The position numbers and the translations under genes are program-made. The notes below the pieces were generated by a model. It ran no database searches. It was not told the origin of the DNA and saw only the letters and a program-made list of their open reading frames with translations. A stretch of DNA of 33,000 nt from sequence record PP355768.1. One strand, 5' to 3'. Positions within the stretch are counted from its first letter, which is position 1; every line of letters begins with the position of its first letter. This document shows positions 18,568-29,581 of the stretch, piece by piece.

Positions 18568-19035
18568 ATGATTACTGGATATATTAAGGGTAATATTGTA
18601 GAATTATTCATGAAGCATGAATGCGATATCGCTCATGGGTGTAATTGCTTTACTACAATGGGTGCCGGCGTAGCAGGACAACTTGCTAAAGCATATCCTC
18701 CAATTCTCGATATTGACATCGATGAAGACCGTTATTATGACAACAATTTAGCTAAGCTTGGAACTCATACTCGAGCCATTCACAAAAAAGGCACTGCATA
18801 TTGCTATAATTTGTATACTCAGTATGCCCCAGGTCCAAATGTTGATTACGGCGCAATTTTTAATGCATTCCATGAACTAAATTCTGGTCGTATTGTTTAT
18901 AATCGTCCTCTGTACATTCCAAAAATTGGAGCTGGTATTGCTGGCGGTGATTGGGAACTAATTGAGAAATTAATCAATTTAGCAACACCTGATATTGACA
19001 TTATGGTGGTAGAATATGAAGAAGCTAAAAGCTAA
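18568..19035 (+). CDS. tk.4: Macrodomain protein (tk.4-like; ADP-ribose binding/hydrolase)
   Basis: IKGNI..IAHGCNCFTTMGAGVA..NLYTQY..IPKIGAGIAGGDW macrodomain motifs. Confidence 0.9.
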   Translation: MITGYIKGNIVELFMKHECDIAHGCNCFTTMGAGVAGQLAKAYPPILDIDIDEDRYYDNNLAKLGTHTRAIHKKGTAYCYNLYTQYAPGPNVDYGAIFNAFHELNSGRIVYNRPLYIPKIGAGIAGGDWELIEKLINLATPDIDIMVVEYEEAKS

Positions 19036-19059
19036 ATCCGTCTTGTTAGAGGTAAATAG

Positions 19060-19227
19060 ATGATTACTGAAGAGCAAAAAACTAAACTGTGGCAGTTGAT
19101 TGACGATTATGCAGGTGCCGAGCAAGTAGTAGCTATTAGTGCCATTTACGGAAATGGTCTACCTGAAGAATACGATGAACTCATTCGTTCTAAGAATGCT
19201 ATTTCTGATTTTATGGAGACACTTTAA
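19060..19227 (+). CDS. 55-aa tk.2-like small protein
   Basis: MITEEQKTKLWQLIDDY..ISDFMETL; GAGG RBS; TAATG overlap with tk. Confidence 0.65.
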   Translation: MITEEQKTKLWQLIDDYAGAEQVVAISAIYGNGLPEEYDELIRSKNAISDFMETL

Positions 19228-19250
19228 TGGCACAGCTTTATTTCAACTAT
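19227..19250 (+). pseudogene. tk: Thymidine kinase, first 8 codons
   Basis: MAQLYFNY, the typical Tdk start, at the expected position; then a jump to the tail fibre. Confidence 0.7.
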
Positions 19251-19251
19251 C

Positions 19252-20538
19252 GACACCATGACTGGCGATTTAACTGTTCCTAATTTGCATGCTTCTGGGC
19301 CGGGAACTGCATCAGTATATGTTAATGCTGGAACAGGAAATGCTCATATATGGTTTAGAACAAACACCAATGAACGCGGTGTAATCTGGGCGACGCCTAA
19401 TACCACAGACTTAGGCCAGATCAATATTCGTGCAAAAACTACTGGAGGCACTTCTGCTGGTGATTACAGTTTCCGCTCTGACGGCCGATTTGATGTTCCT
19501 GTAGCAGTTAAAGTTGGTGGAGCAGCAATGCTAACCAAAGACGGGAATATTACCTCTGGTTCGATGTTTGGTGGTAACCTTAACAACTATTTGACTTCTA
19601 TTAAAAACGATATCGTTGCTGGCGATAATAAGCAAGTAAGCAAGACTGGTGATACCATGACCGGTAACTTGACTATTAACGCTAACTTAAAAGTCGAAAA
19701 TCCTAGTGGAACTTTTGTTGATTTAGGTTCAGAGAACTCAGACAAGTACAGCAGATTGACCCTTGCACGTAAAGCTGGCTCTGGTGCTGCCGTAGCAATG
19801 CTTAAAGTTACTCCTGAAGGATACGTGCAATTTGGTTATCAAACCGCAGTTGCTAATCCGTCTCCTACCAAGTACATCCGTGTTAAACCTGATGGTCTTG
19901 ATGTAGAAGGGGATTTAGTTTTTAATCAGACATATCGCGGCACCGAAGAGGCAGTTGATATTTCTGATAAGACTGTTGACCTTAATAGCCTGGTTATTAA
20001 AAGAACCGACCCAGGTACTCGTCAGCTGTATAAATGTGTATCTTCTGGTGGTGGTTCTAAGATAACAAACAAACCTACATCTGATGGTAACTTTGTTCTT
20101 GAAGTTCTGTCTTTACGCAAGGTTTCTGATACCGATTGGTCATGTAGGCAGACCTTTACTACAAAGTTCGGTAATTTAGTTACAACCGATTTAACCGCAA
20201 ACGGAAACGCTAGATTAGTCGGAAGACTGAACCTTGGTTCTACTTCCGCAACCGGTGTATTACGGGCTAATGAATCTGGCGCAGTTGTTTTAGGTTCTGC
20301 TAGTGGTCAAAACATCCACATCAGAGCAGGAAGCCCAGATACTTCTTCTGGTGAAACCCGCTTTGAGCCAAATGGAAACGTTTTAGTTGGCGGAGTTCTG
20401 ACGACTTCAGGAAGCTTGCAAGTAAATGGCGAAGCCACGATGGGCAGAAGCTTGATCGTTTCTCAAAACATAAAGAATACTAACGATAATAGTTTTATTC
20501 TGATGGGAAAAGATTCGGATTTAGGTTTCGTTAAAAAA
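19252..20538 (+). pseudogene. 37: Long tail fibre distal subunit (gp37-like), internal fragment
   Basis: Repeated GDTMTG.L motifs, Gly/Ser/Thr-rich fibre sequence, and GKDSDLGFVKK. Possible further in-frame deletion at ~20166. Confidence 0.75.
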
Positions 20539-20540
20539 TT

Positions 20541-20948
20541 ATGCAAAAATCTCTTCAGGTTCGTCTTGCAAATGACAAGCCTGGTACTAACATGCATCCT
20601 GATGAATTGGCTCAAGCTGGTGATATCGTGCAGTGGTTGCGTAATCAAAAAGACTACATTGATGACGAATTCCGCGAACTGCTGACGTCTCTTGGCGGTA
20701 TGAGTAATGGCGAAAAGGCAGCTAGTGCTGTGTGGAAACCATGGAAAGCTGACCACGTCAAGATGCAGGAAACCTATATCAAAGACCTGTCTGACAAAGA
20801 CCAGCTTGAAATCAAGTTTGAAATGATTGATATCCTGCACTTTGTTCTGAATATGTTTATGGCGCTTGGTCTGGATTCTGAAGAAATCTTTAAGCTGTAT
20901 TATCTGAAAAATGCCGAGAATTTTGCTCGCCAAGACAGTGGTTACTGA
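20541..20948 (+). pseudogene. 56: dCTPase/dUTPase gp56, with the N-terminal ~37 codons missing
   Basis: MQKSLQVRLAN..IDDEFRELLTSLG..EIKFEMIDILHFVLNMF..YYLKN..F.RQD.GY. Confidence 0.94.
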
Positions 20949-21085
20949 TGGCTAAAAGAATATCTAAGCGTCGTTTAAAAATTATCAGAAAACAAAAAGA
21001 AAGGGCCTTAGTATTGGCCCTTCGAGAAGAAATCACTCGAGAAATTGATAAAGAAATATTAAAGGCACTTACAGCAGCTATATAA
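20948..21085 (+). CDS. 45-aa basic protein with a capsid-protein-like helix
   Basis: MAKRISKRRLKIIRKQKERALVLALREEITREIDKEILKALTAAI; TGATG overlap with gene 56. Confidence 0.6.
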   Translation: MAKRISKRRLKIIRKQKERALVLALREEITREIDKEILKALTAAI

Positions 21086-21109
21086 ATACTCCTGTAAACT
21101 AAATAGGAG
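21081..21109 (+). promoter_or_regulatory. Late promoter plus RBS-sequestering hairpin of soc
   Basis: TATAAATA at 21081-88; CTCCTG (21089-94) can pair with TAGGAG (21104-09), the SD of soc. Confidence 0.8.
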
Positions 21110-21115
21110 ATTAAA

Positions 21116-21343
21116 ATGGCTTACGTAAACATCAAAACTTTTGACCATACAACTGCTGATGGTGAAGTTAAAGGTACAGAAGTATCTGTAGCTTTTAAGG
21201 TGTATTCTGATTCACATCGCATTGCTAACGCACAGTATCAGATTTTCCCATCTGAAAAAGCTGCTTATTCAACAGTAGTTGATGATGCTGCAACTTGGGC
21301 AACCACCAACGCGAAAATGTTTGAAGCTAGTGCAGAAGTATAA
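21116..21343 (+). CDS. soc: Small outer capsid protein Soc
   Basis: YVNIKTF..VSVAFKVYSD.H.I..A.YQIFPSEKAAYSTV matches T4 Soc. Confidence 0.93.
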   Translation: MAYVNIKTFDHTTADGEVKGTEVSVAFKVYSDSHRIANAQYQIFPSEKAAYSTVVDDAATWATTNAKMFEASAEV

Positions 21344-21348
21344 AAATT

Positions 21349-21372
21349 AAGGACTCCTCCGGGAGTCCTTTT
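21349..21372 (+). terminator. Intrinsic terminator after soc
   Basis: AAGGACTCC TCCG GGAGTCCTT TT. Confidence 0.85.
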
Positions 21373-21421
21373 ATGCTATACTGGGAATAGTATATTATTC
21401 CTACTAACTGAGGAGAACAAA

Positions 21422-21613
21422 ATGATATGTTATACTAAGCCCTGGTATCAATCACCATTAAAGAAGTCTCATTTTGATTGTTGGTACAGAGGTGTAAGAG
21501 CTGCAGCGTTATTACTAAAAGCTGCGCCTGCTTTAATTAAAGCAAATGATAAATGGTTTGAAGACAACAACATGACTGAAGGAGCTATGTGTGGCAAACG
21601 CAAAAATCTATAA
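21422..21613 (+). CDS. Small hypothetical protein
   Basis: 63-aa ORF with a GAGGAG RBS; no family recognised. Confidence 0.65.
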   Translation: MICYTKPWYQSPLKKSHFDCWYRGVRAAALLLKAAPALIKANDKWFEDNNMTEGAMCGKRKNL

Positions 21614-21627
21614 AGTAAGTTTACACT

Positions 21628-22041
21628 ATATACCATCCATCCAAATCCAGCATCAGTTCTGTTATATGGCGCAGAGTTAGCAACAACAATATCACCAATT
21701 AGAAATGTGCGCGGGTTAGGATATCTTGTATCACCCCAGTCTCTTCTTGGAACAACACAGTCAAGCATAGATGATTCAATTTTGACCGCGCCCATCATAT
21801 TTGTCCAAACATCAACCACACCGTCTTCATTATCGGCCGGGTATGGAGGTGCAAATCCAGGTTCAGATTCGTTATCTGACCATGGAGTGCTTTTACCAAA
21901 TGAAACATACAACGTGTTTTGGTCCGTTCCCGGACCAATTGATTTATAAAATGTGTACATCTTTTCAGTTCTAAACTTAGATGTAATGATAGCACGATAA
22001 ATCGTGCTACGCGTTGAACTTGCTCTTGTTGAATTACTCAT
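21628..22041 (-). pseudogene. 8: Baseplate wedge gp8, N-terminal fragment
   Basis: IYRAIITSKFRTEKM..FAPPYP..PRRDWGDTRYP..GWMVY, then a break. Confidence 0.93.
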
Positions 22042-22807
22042 CAATTTTTACCTGTGTCGGATTTTCAGGATCGCGAGGATTACCTGCATCGTCTTTAAGA
22101 CGTTGGTTAACTAAATCGCGATAATTAGCAAACGTTACTGCTGATTGGTCAAACGTAGGACTTAACGGTTTACGTCGTTGTCCAGGGTTTTGTCCAGCGA
22201 TAACACTATTGTTATTTTCTTGATTATAGTTAGCAGGTAACGGGAAAGGTTCACCAGCTTGAGCACGTGAAGAATACCTAGGCTCATTAGTTATTGGGTC
22301 TCTTTCTATTGTATCATCTGAAGCGATAATAGCAACTCTATCAGGATAAACTGATGGCAGTCCTGCATCCCATTTATAGTTCTTGAGTTTATTTATGATA
22401 GTCTCAACATGCTTCATATTTAAGCCACTATTGATAAACATTGTCAGCAATGTTATACCAATGAAACCGAAACCTACCGGATGAACAAACCTTAATACAT
22501 CGTCGCGGAACCGAGAAGTAGGAAGCTGAGACTTAATTTTCATAACATAGTAAGAACGGCTGCGGTTTATATAATCAATGTTATTACTCAGCATATCCTT
22601 TCCGCGAACCCCTTGAACTATAATGCCTTCAAAGTCAGTACGCTCTGATTTAATTTCCTGGCCTTCAATGAACCGTCCTGATAAGTTATGAATAGTAATA
22701 CGCCACAACAGACGACCATCCCGGTATTCTCTCTCGATATAAGTCACATTACTACGACCGGAAGCAGTATAAATCGTACGACCAACTAAATCGTCAGAAA
22801 TATTTGT
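22034..22807 (-). pseudogene. 7: Baseplate wedge initiator gp7, C-terminal fragment
   Basis: DDLVGRTIYTASGRSNVTYIER..RFVHPVGFGFIGITLL..KDDAGNPRDPENPTQVKIDE*. Confidence 0.92.
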
Positions 22808-22809
22808 GT

Positions 22810-22917
22810 AAATGGAAGAGCGAGTCTTGTTCTAAAGATTGTGATTCTTTAGGACGTTCAGCAGGTGAAGAATATGCTAACCGCATGAGGATACAACTCG
22901 ATAATGAAGTTCAATGA
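22810..22917 (+). pseudogene. rI: Antiholin RI, C-terminal fragment
   Basis: KWKSESCSKDCDSLGRSAGEEYANRMRIQLDNEVQ*: two-Cys motif and position upstream of rI.-1; not in the ORF track. Confidence 0.7.
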
Positions 22918-23290
22918 TTTTGTAAAGGACGGTAAACTTACTCCGCAAGATGAATTCATCGGTTTACTTATGGCGTCTCAGGCGTATTTTCATTCAGCGC
23001 ATTTTGATACCAAATCGTATGCCAGACATAAAGCGTATGAAGTTTTCTTTAACGAGATTCCAGATTTGATAGATGCTTTTGGTGAGCAGTGGTTAGGATT
23101 CTCAGGTAAGAGTTATACACCGGCTTTACCATCGCAGAAAGAGCTGCCAAAGGACACCATTGAAATGCTAGACCTCATTCTGGCTAAGGCCGATGGTATC
23201 TACAAGTCAGTTCCTGCCGCCCTCCAAAGTGTTCTGGATGACATTACAGGTCTATGCTACAAGACTAAGTATTTGTTATCATTGCAGTAA
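22904..23290 (+). CDS. rI.-1: rI.-1-like ferritin/Dps-like protein
   Basis: GLLMASQAYFHSAHF.TKSYARHKAY..DLID.FGEQ.LG..DDITG..KYLLSL, as in T4 rI.-1. Confidence 0.88.
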   Translation: MKFNDFVKDGKLTPQDEFIGLLMASQAYFHSAHFDTKSYARHKAYEVFFNEIPDLIDAFGEQWLGFSGKSYTPALPSQKELPKDTIEMLDLILAKADGIYKSVPAALQSVLDDITGLCYKTKYLLSLQ

Positions 23291-23298
23291 TACCCTCC

Positions 23299-23320
23299 GC
23301 CTCCTTCGGGAGGCATTTTC
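23299..23320 (+). terminator. Intrinsic terminator
   Basis: GCCTCC TTCG GGAGGC ATTTTC. Confidence 0.8.
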
Positions 23321-23325
23321 TTTTC

Positions 23326-23362
23326 AAAAAGTTGTTTACTTCCCTTCATTACATGATACTAT
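23326..23362 (+). promoter_or_regulatory. T4-type early promoter
   Basis: A-tract, GTTTAC (23334-39), 17-nt spacer with TG, TACTAT (23357-62). Confidence 0.85.
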
Positions 23363-23394
23363 AGACATATCAACAACCAAACGAGAAAAACATT

Positions 23395-23720
23395 ATGATT
23401 AAGTTAACTACCGAGCTTCAACCTGGAAAAATCTTTTATCACGTGTGTGGTGTTAATCGCACAGAAACTAAAAGCGGCGAAATAACACGTTACATTGTTG
23501 CTTCAGGCACATATGATGTAGAACTTGGTCTTCGTGGTGTATATTCACGTAAATCTCCTTTCTTCCAAGTGATTTGTGAATATGAAAACTATGCTGGCCA
23601 AACTGAAAGTTATTCAACTGAGCGTTCTGCACATGATATGGGCGTATTCAAGCCAGGTGAAAAACGTTCGGTTCATAATCTTAATCGTGGGTTTTGGACG
23701 CGTGAAGAACTGCAAGAAGA
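23395..23720 (+). pseudogene. Hypothetical early protein, C-terminus replaced at a junction
   Basis: ORF directly after the early promoter; runs into the antisense of vs.1 at ~23710-23721. Confidence 0.6.
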
Positions 23721-24242
23721 TTTATGTTTCTTTAAGAAATTAGCTTTCTCTAGGACATCTGACGCATAAGAGTTTCCCCTTTTGACATTCCATCCTGCAT
23801 TATAACTAGCAAGAGCTTTTCGCATATTGCCGTTATGTATATTTAACCAGTATGAAAGCTCAATATATGCCCACTCCGCAGAATTCCGTCTGGATTTAAG
23901 CATTTTTCTTATTTCAGAATCACTAAGGTTTTTGCCTTCTAATTTAGCTCTGGCCTTAACCGTAGGTAAGTAATTTTGAAATACCCCATAAGAATGATGC
24001 CCCTTTCCTGCTTTTAAATTGGCTCCTGCCGAAGATTCTTTCCATGATATAGCAGCCATTATATATCCTAAGCCGTTATTATCGTATCGGTTATGCGGAG
24101 ATTTTTCCTTTCCGGATTTTTGATATTGTTCACCAAAATTATATGCGTAATGCAAGTTGTCAAGTTGAACATTACTGAAAGTTGGCTCAGACCCAAAGGC
24201 CGTTGAACATAAGGCCATTAGACCGATAAGCGCTTTTTTCAT
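23721..24242 (-). CDS. vs.1: Vs.1 SLT-domain lytic transglycosylase-like protein (last few residues lost)
   Basis: Signal peptide; AAISWKESSAG (catalytic ES), YGVFQN, ALASYNAGW. Confidence 0.9.
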
Positions 24243-24249
24243 GTTTACC

Positions 24250-24549
24250 TCAATTAATGTGTATAACTTTTGTGCTGATTTTACCTTTCAAACGTTTATC
24301 ATTAACGAATGCCATACGACACTTTATGCTAGGTCCTTTTCCTGGTCTTGGAATATCCATGGTAAATCCTAGCCACAGATTTCCATCCGTAATTTCTAAC
24401 CGCATGGGTTTATACTCGATATTTTCATCAATGTCTTTTGGGTCAATTGGAAGCCAAGGCATTGCTAAAAATTCATTAATTTCTTTAAGATGATTAGGAA
24501 TTTTGGAAAGAACAGAGAATACATACTCTTCATCAATTTCACGTAACAA
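24250..24549 (-). pseudogene. regB: RegB site-specific endoribonuclease, C-terminal ~100 aa
   Basis: REIDEEYVF..EINEFL.MP..RLEITDGNLWLGFT..CRMA..RL.GK; the N-terminal third is missing. Confidence 0.92.
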
Positions 24550-24559
24550 GATAATTATA

Positions 24560-25009
24560 TTACTGATTATTTATAGCATTTCTCAAACGATAGAGTTGAT
24601 TACAGAATTCACGCTCAGTCAAAATCGTTTCAGAAATTTTATTTTTGCCCATGCTGTGAGTGAGCGTAGCATTCCGGGTAGCAGCCAAAGCTTTTCTGAA
24701 TCCTTCATTTTTACTAAGTGCATCGTATGCTCCTGTTAGTAAATTCTGATACGCTTCTGAGGCACGGTGAATAGGAACACCTTTCCAATAAAGGGTTTGT
24801 GTTGGCCACCAACGTTTCTTCTTACCTTTAAACTTAGCGGACTTTCCGACTAGTGTACATACATGTGCTTGCATTTCAGGCGAAGAAAATTTGAGGGATT
24901 GCAAGAATCCCTCCATTGATGCACATTCTACGCCATCATAGATAAATTTATGAGGAGCGAAATTACTCAAAGCACATGATGGATATGAACTACCTGAACC
25001 AATATCCAT
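24560..25009 (-). CDS. NADAR/YbiA-family protein (gp30.3-like)
   Basis: PSCALSNFAP..DG..SMEGFLQSLK..LYWKG..ALAATR..LTHSMG..ILTEREF; start at 25009 via TAATG overlap. Confidence 0.8.
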   Translation of the reverse strand: MDIGSGSSYPSCALSNFAPHKFIYDGVECASMEGFLQSLKFSSPEMQAHVCTLVGKSAKFKGKKKRWWPTQTLYWKGVPIHRASEAYQNLLTGAYDALSKNEGFRKALAATRNATLTHSMGKNKISETILTEREFCNQLYRLRNAINNQ

Positions 25010-25490
25010 TACTTTTCCTTCACGTATTTCAACCAATCAACTTTTAATGGGCTTTCTTTCTGATTATACGTAATTCCAACATGGAATGCAACTGGAGCAT
25101 CAGGAATACGAATTTCTTCTTCAATGTTGAAGATTTCTACTTTCTCAAATACTCGCATGAAATCATAGTCATATTCAATTGGATTACCCAACCAAGCCTG
25201 AATAGCATACATAACTTCATTTGAACAAGAATAGTGGTTATCTAAATAAGCATCAAACTCTTCGTCTGTGCAATCATATGCAGGAACATCAACGCCAAAG
25301 AATTTCTTGGAAAATTCAGGAGTTACATACTTCTGTTCAGTGTGAAGTCTTTCAAGAACTGCTTCATGATTATAATCAGCATTTCCCATATACACACGAT
25401 CAGCATCGTTTTCCCAAGTGGTAATTGCCATTGCTAAGCCTTTAGGAATAACTTGTCCAAATTTAAGTAACTCTAAAAAATCGCATTGAA
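25009..25490 (-). pseudogene. Acidic hypothetical protein, N-terminus truncated
   Basis: The frame stays open upstream of the ORF-track ATG (IQCDFLELLKFGQVIPKGLAM..) up to the junction at ~25490. Confidence 0.55.
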
Positions 25491-26039
25491 TACACTAACT
25501 ATGATGAACCAAATCAGAAAAATATGCGTCCTGTCGCTGACGATATTATGATTAAAGTCAATAATATTGCAGCATTTTTTGACGTAATTTATCCGATTGG
25601 CACGATTTATGAAAACGCTCACAACCACGCAAACCCTGCTGACTATATGGGATTTGGGGTGTGGAAGCTTTATTCACAAGGCCGTGTTACTGCTGGTTGG
25701 AATAATGATTCATCTGATCCTTATTTTTCGCGTAACAACAATAACTTAAACGAAAACGGACAACCATCGTTAACAGCAGGTGGAACGGTTGGTGATTTGA
25801 CGTTTACATTAGGAAAAGAACACATTCCTGAGTTAATGTCAAGGGACAAAGTTCTAATTTCAGACCCTGAACATGGCAGCGTAGTTATTGGCGGATGTCA
25901 ATTAGACCCAGACGCACAAGGTCCAGGTTATTCTAAATACCGTGAAGACACTGTTGCAGTAAACAATGGTGTAGTTCCAAATGACATCACTAAAATTCAG
26001 CCAACAATCACCGTTTATCGTTGGATTAGGGTAGGTTAA
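25491..26039 (+). pseudogene. 10: Baseplate wedge/tail pin gp10, C-terminal fragment
   Basis: YPIGTIYENA..NPA.YMGFG.WKL..GWN..GGCQ.DPD..QPTITVYRWIRVG. Confidence 0.93.
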
Positions 26040-26040
26040 A

Positions 26041-26574
26041 ATGACTATTGAAACTAAAACTCGTGAAGGAGCTAAAGTTAATTCAAGATTAACTGCTTTT
26101 TCAGAATATCGTGTAGACCCGCAGAATATCGCGGTGGGAAATAAGGCTCCTATAGGGAGCCTAACCTTTGAACAAATGGATTTAGGAGTTTGGTATCCAA
26201 ATACTGAAGCTGCTATTAATGATTTGATGTCATTACAGTCAGCAGAAATTGGAACTATTATTTGTAATGACACCGGAATATCTCCACAACCAGCACAGCA
26301 AATTACACGCGCTACTTTTTCAGGCGTAGTTTCGTTAGAACCTAAAGAAGACGGCTCTGTCGGTGACCCAGTAATAATTCATATTCTTGGCTTACCAATT
26401 AGAATTGCGAATGGTGATGACTTTGCTGCAGTAGCTACCAGGTGGTATGATAAAGTAAAAGAATTAGAAGCTGTTGGAAAAGTGGTTCAACAAGTTACTC
26501 AATCACCTGCAACTCCTCAATATGTTGATATTATTCATTTAGATTATCAGAACCATAATTTTGAAACATATAAA
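26041..26574 (+). pseudogene. 11: Baseplate wedge/short-fibre connector gp11, C-terminus missing
   Basis: SRLTAF.EY..VG..PIGS..G..YPN..AINDL; follows gene 10. Reads through in frame into 57A. Confidence 0.85.
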
Positions 26575-26592
26575 AATATTAGGAATTCAAAA

Positions 26593-27790
<1,198 letters not shown>

Positions 27791-28509
27791 AATTTTTCAT
27801 CTTTAAAATTTCTTATCATTGACGCATAATCTACATCTGGATATCCAATATTATAAACTTCTTTTCTGAAAGCCTTTCTACCTGGGCAATTTAGCCATTT
27901 CCATATATCAAAAAGCTCATCATAATAATTCCAATGCGGATACTTCCGCTGCGAGATTTTCTGCCCTTTTGACATTTTAAGTTTGGTTTCTTTAGATACA
28001 GTGTGTCCAATTTTTGCTAAACTTAAATTTTTACGATGTGATTTTGTAAAAATTTTTATTTTCCCAGATTCACTCATTTTCTTTCTAGTTTCAAGTGAAA
28101 CGAAAGATTTAGAATGCTTAATAGCTTGTACATGAGTAATAGAAAGTTTTCTACCAGAAAGAGAATCACTTATTTTATTTTTATGTAAATCGGAAAGTTT
28201 TCGTTCTTTCATAGCGTTGCTAAATTTTAATTTAGCACTTTGATATCCGTGCGAAGATACATATCTATTGGTATTATTTCCATTGCACATTTTCCAAAAC
28301 GCGAATATCATTTTATTACTATCATAAACCTTAGTCAATAACCAATGAGCAATGAAATGCTCTCTAGCTGTTAATTTAACTAAATTTGATTTTAAATCAG
28401 TTCCTCCTAAAGATTTTGGAATAACATGATGTATTTCTGTATATCCAGATAAATCTGAGCGGGTTTTTGCCCGCTCAATAAGTTGAAAATAGATTTTTCT
28501 ATAATTCAA
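27791..28509 (-). mobile_element. Free-standing HNH homing endonuclease (MobE-like) with NUMOD3-type repeats
   Basis: EIHHVIPKSLGG..NLVKLTAREHFIAH HNH motif; repeated S.ETRKKMS / LSDLHKNKIS motifs; markedly AT-rich; TTG start abuts the regA stop. Confidence 0.88.
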
Positions 28510-28779
28510 TTAACACCCTATCGTATATTTGGATTTAAGAGTCCATTCATTCTTGCTTTTGAATGAAATAACTCTAAAATTATTCTGCATTTCATGTAGA
28601 GTTTGCCCTCTATTGATGATAAGCAATCCCCACTGTTCCAGTAATTGGGCAATAGAATCACGGCGAGCAATGTCTTCTAAATCAATTGTTACTGGACGTC
28701 CATCAAGTTTAAGCATCTCTTTGAAGTGGACAATATAGTATCGTCCTTGTTTCTGAAGAATATGACATGATTGATAAAT
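28510..28779 (-). pseudogene. regA: Translational repressor RegA, N-terminal ~31 aa missing
   Basis: YQSCHILQKQGRYYIVHFKEML.LDGR..RRDSIAQLL..NNFRVISFK..KYTIG. Confidence 0.94.
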
Positions 28780-28784
28780 ATATA

Positions 28785-28999
28785 TTAATAGCAAAGGCCT
28801 GACCAAACTTAGCATTTAAAGTAGTTCCAGTAGGGCTAGCTTTAAAAGTTTTCCATGCACCTGCTGCGAATGGAACTGAACCATCACCTAACTCTGAATA
28901 TAAATCATCAAAGTTGTTATTAATTTTAAGACCACCTTTACGGAGGTAATCACCAGACCCATCATCTACTGATTGGCCTACTATCAAATTTTGTTTCAT
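28785..28999 (-). pseudogene. 10: gp10, N-terminal fragment
   Basis: MKQNL.VG..VDDGSGDYLRKGGLKINNNFDDLY.ELGDG.VPF.AGAWKT. Confidence 0.93.
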
Positions 29000-29580
29000 T
29001 ATTGAGATACCCCTACGGTCTGTGTAGCAATAACTTTAACTGCCAAACGTGCGTTTCCATAAGATGTTGAAGCTGTGCATATTAAATCTTTCTGCGCGTT
29101 AATAGAGTATGAAATAGAATACATCTTTTCATTTTCAGATGATTCACCGCTTCTTAACACTGCATATTCAGTGTCAAATACTCTTCCGTTTGGCGCTGAT
29201 GAAGTAATAGTCGGGTCAATCATAAGCATGACTTCAGATGATTGCCTTTTGATGGTTTGACCACCTGGATTTGCGCTGAAGCTTAATAACAATTTAACAG
29301 TAGAGTAATCATCGTTATATCCAAGCCGAATATTAATAGGAGAACTCGTTAAATTATATGTAGCTTCTAACGGCGAATATGTGCTGCCAAACATACTTGA
29401 AATTGAATAATCCCAAACTGCAGCACCGTTAGCTTTGACTTCAACACACCACAATTCAATTCTACATCTTGGCGTGTTGATAATCAACTCTCGCGATCCA
29501 TCTTTAAATGCATCTGCTACACCTTCGCCGTTTGTTGTTATTTTTATGGGTCTAGCTTTTGATGCTGAGCCATTACTATT
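28999..29580 (-). pseudogene. 9: Baseplate wedge tail fibre connector gp9, C-terminal fragment
   Basis: NSNGS..VWDYSISSMFG..KLL..EYAVLR.G..RLAVKVIATQTVGVSQ; TAATG overlap with gene 10. Confidence 0.9.
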
Positions 29581-29581
29581 T

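Noticed and set aside
20463-20933. 156-aa minus-strand ORF
   Set aside because: Antisense to dCTPase gp56 and crosses a junction.
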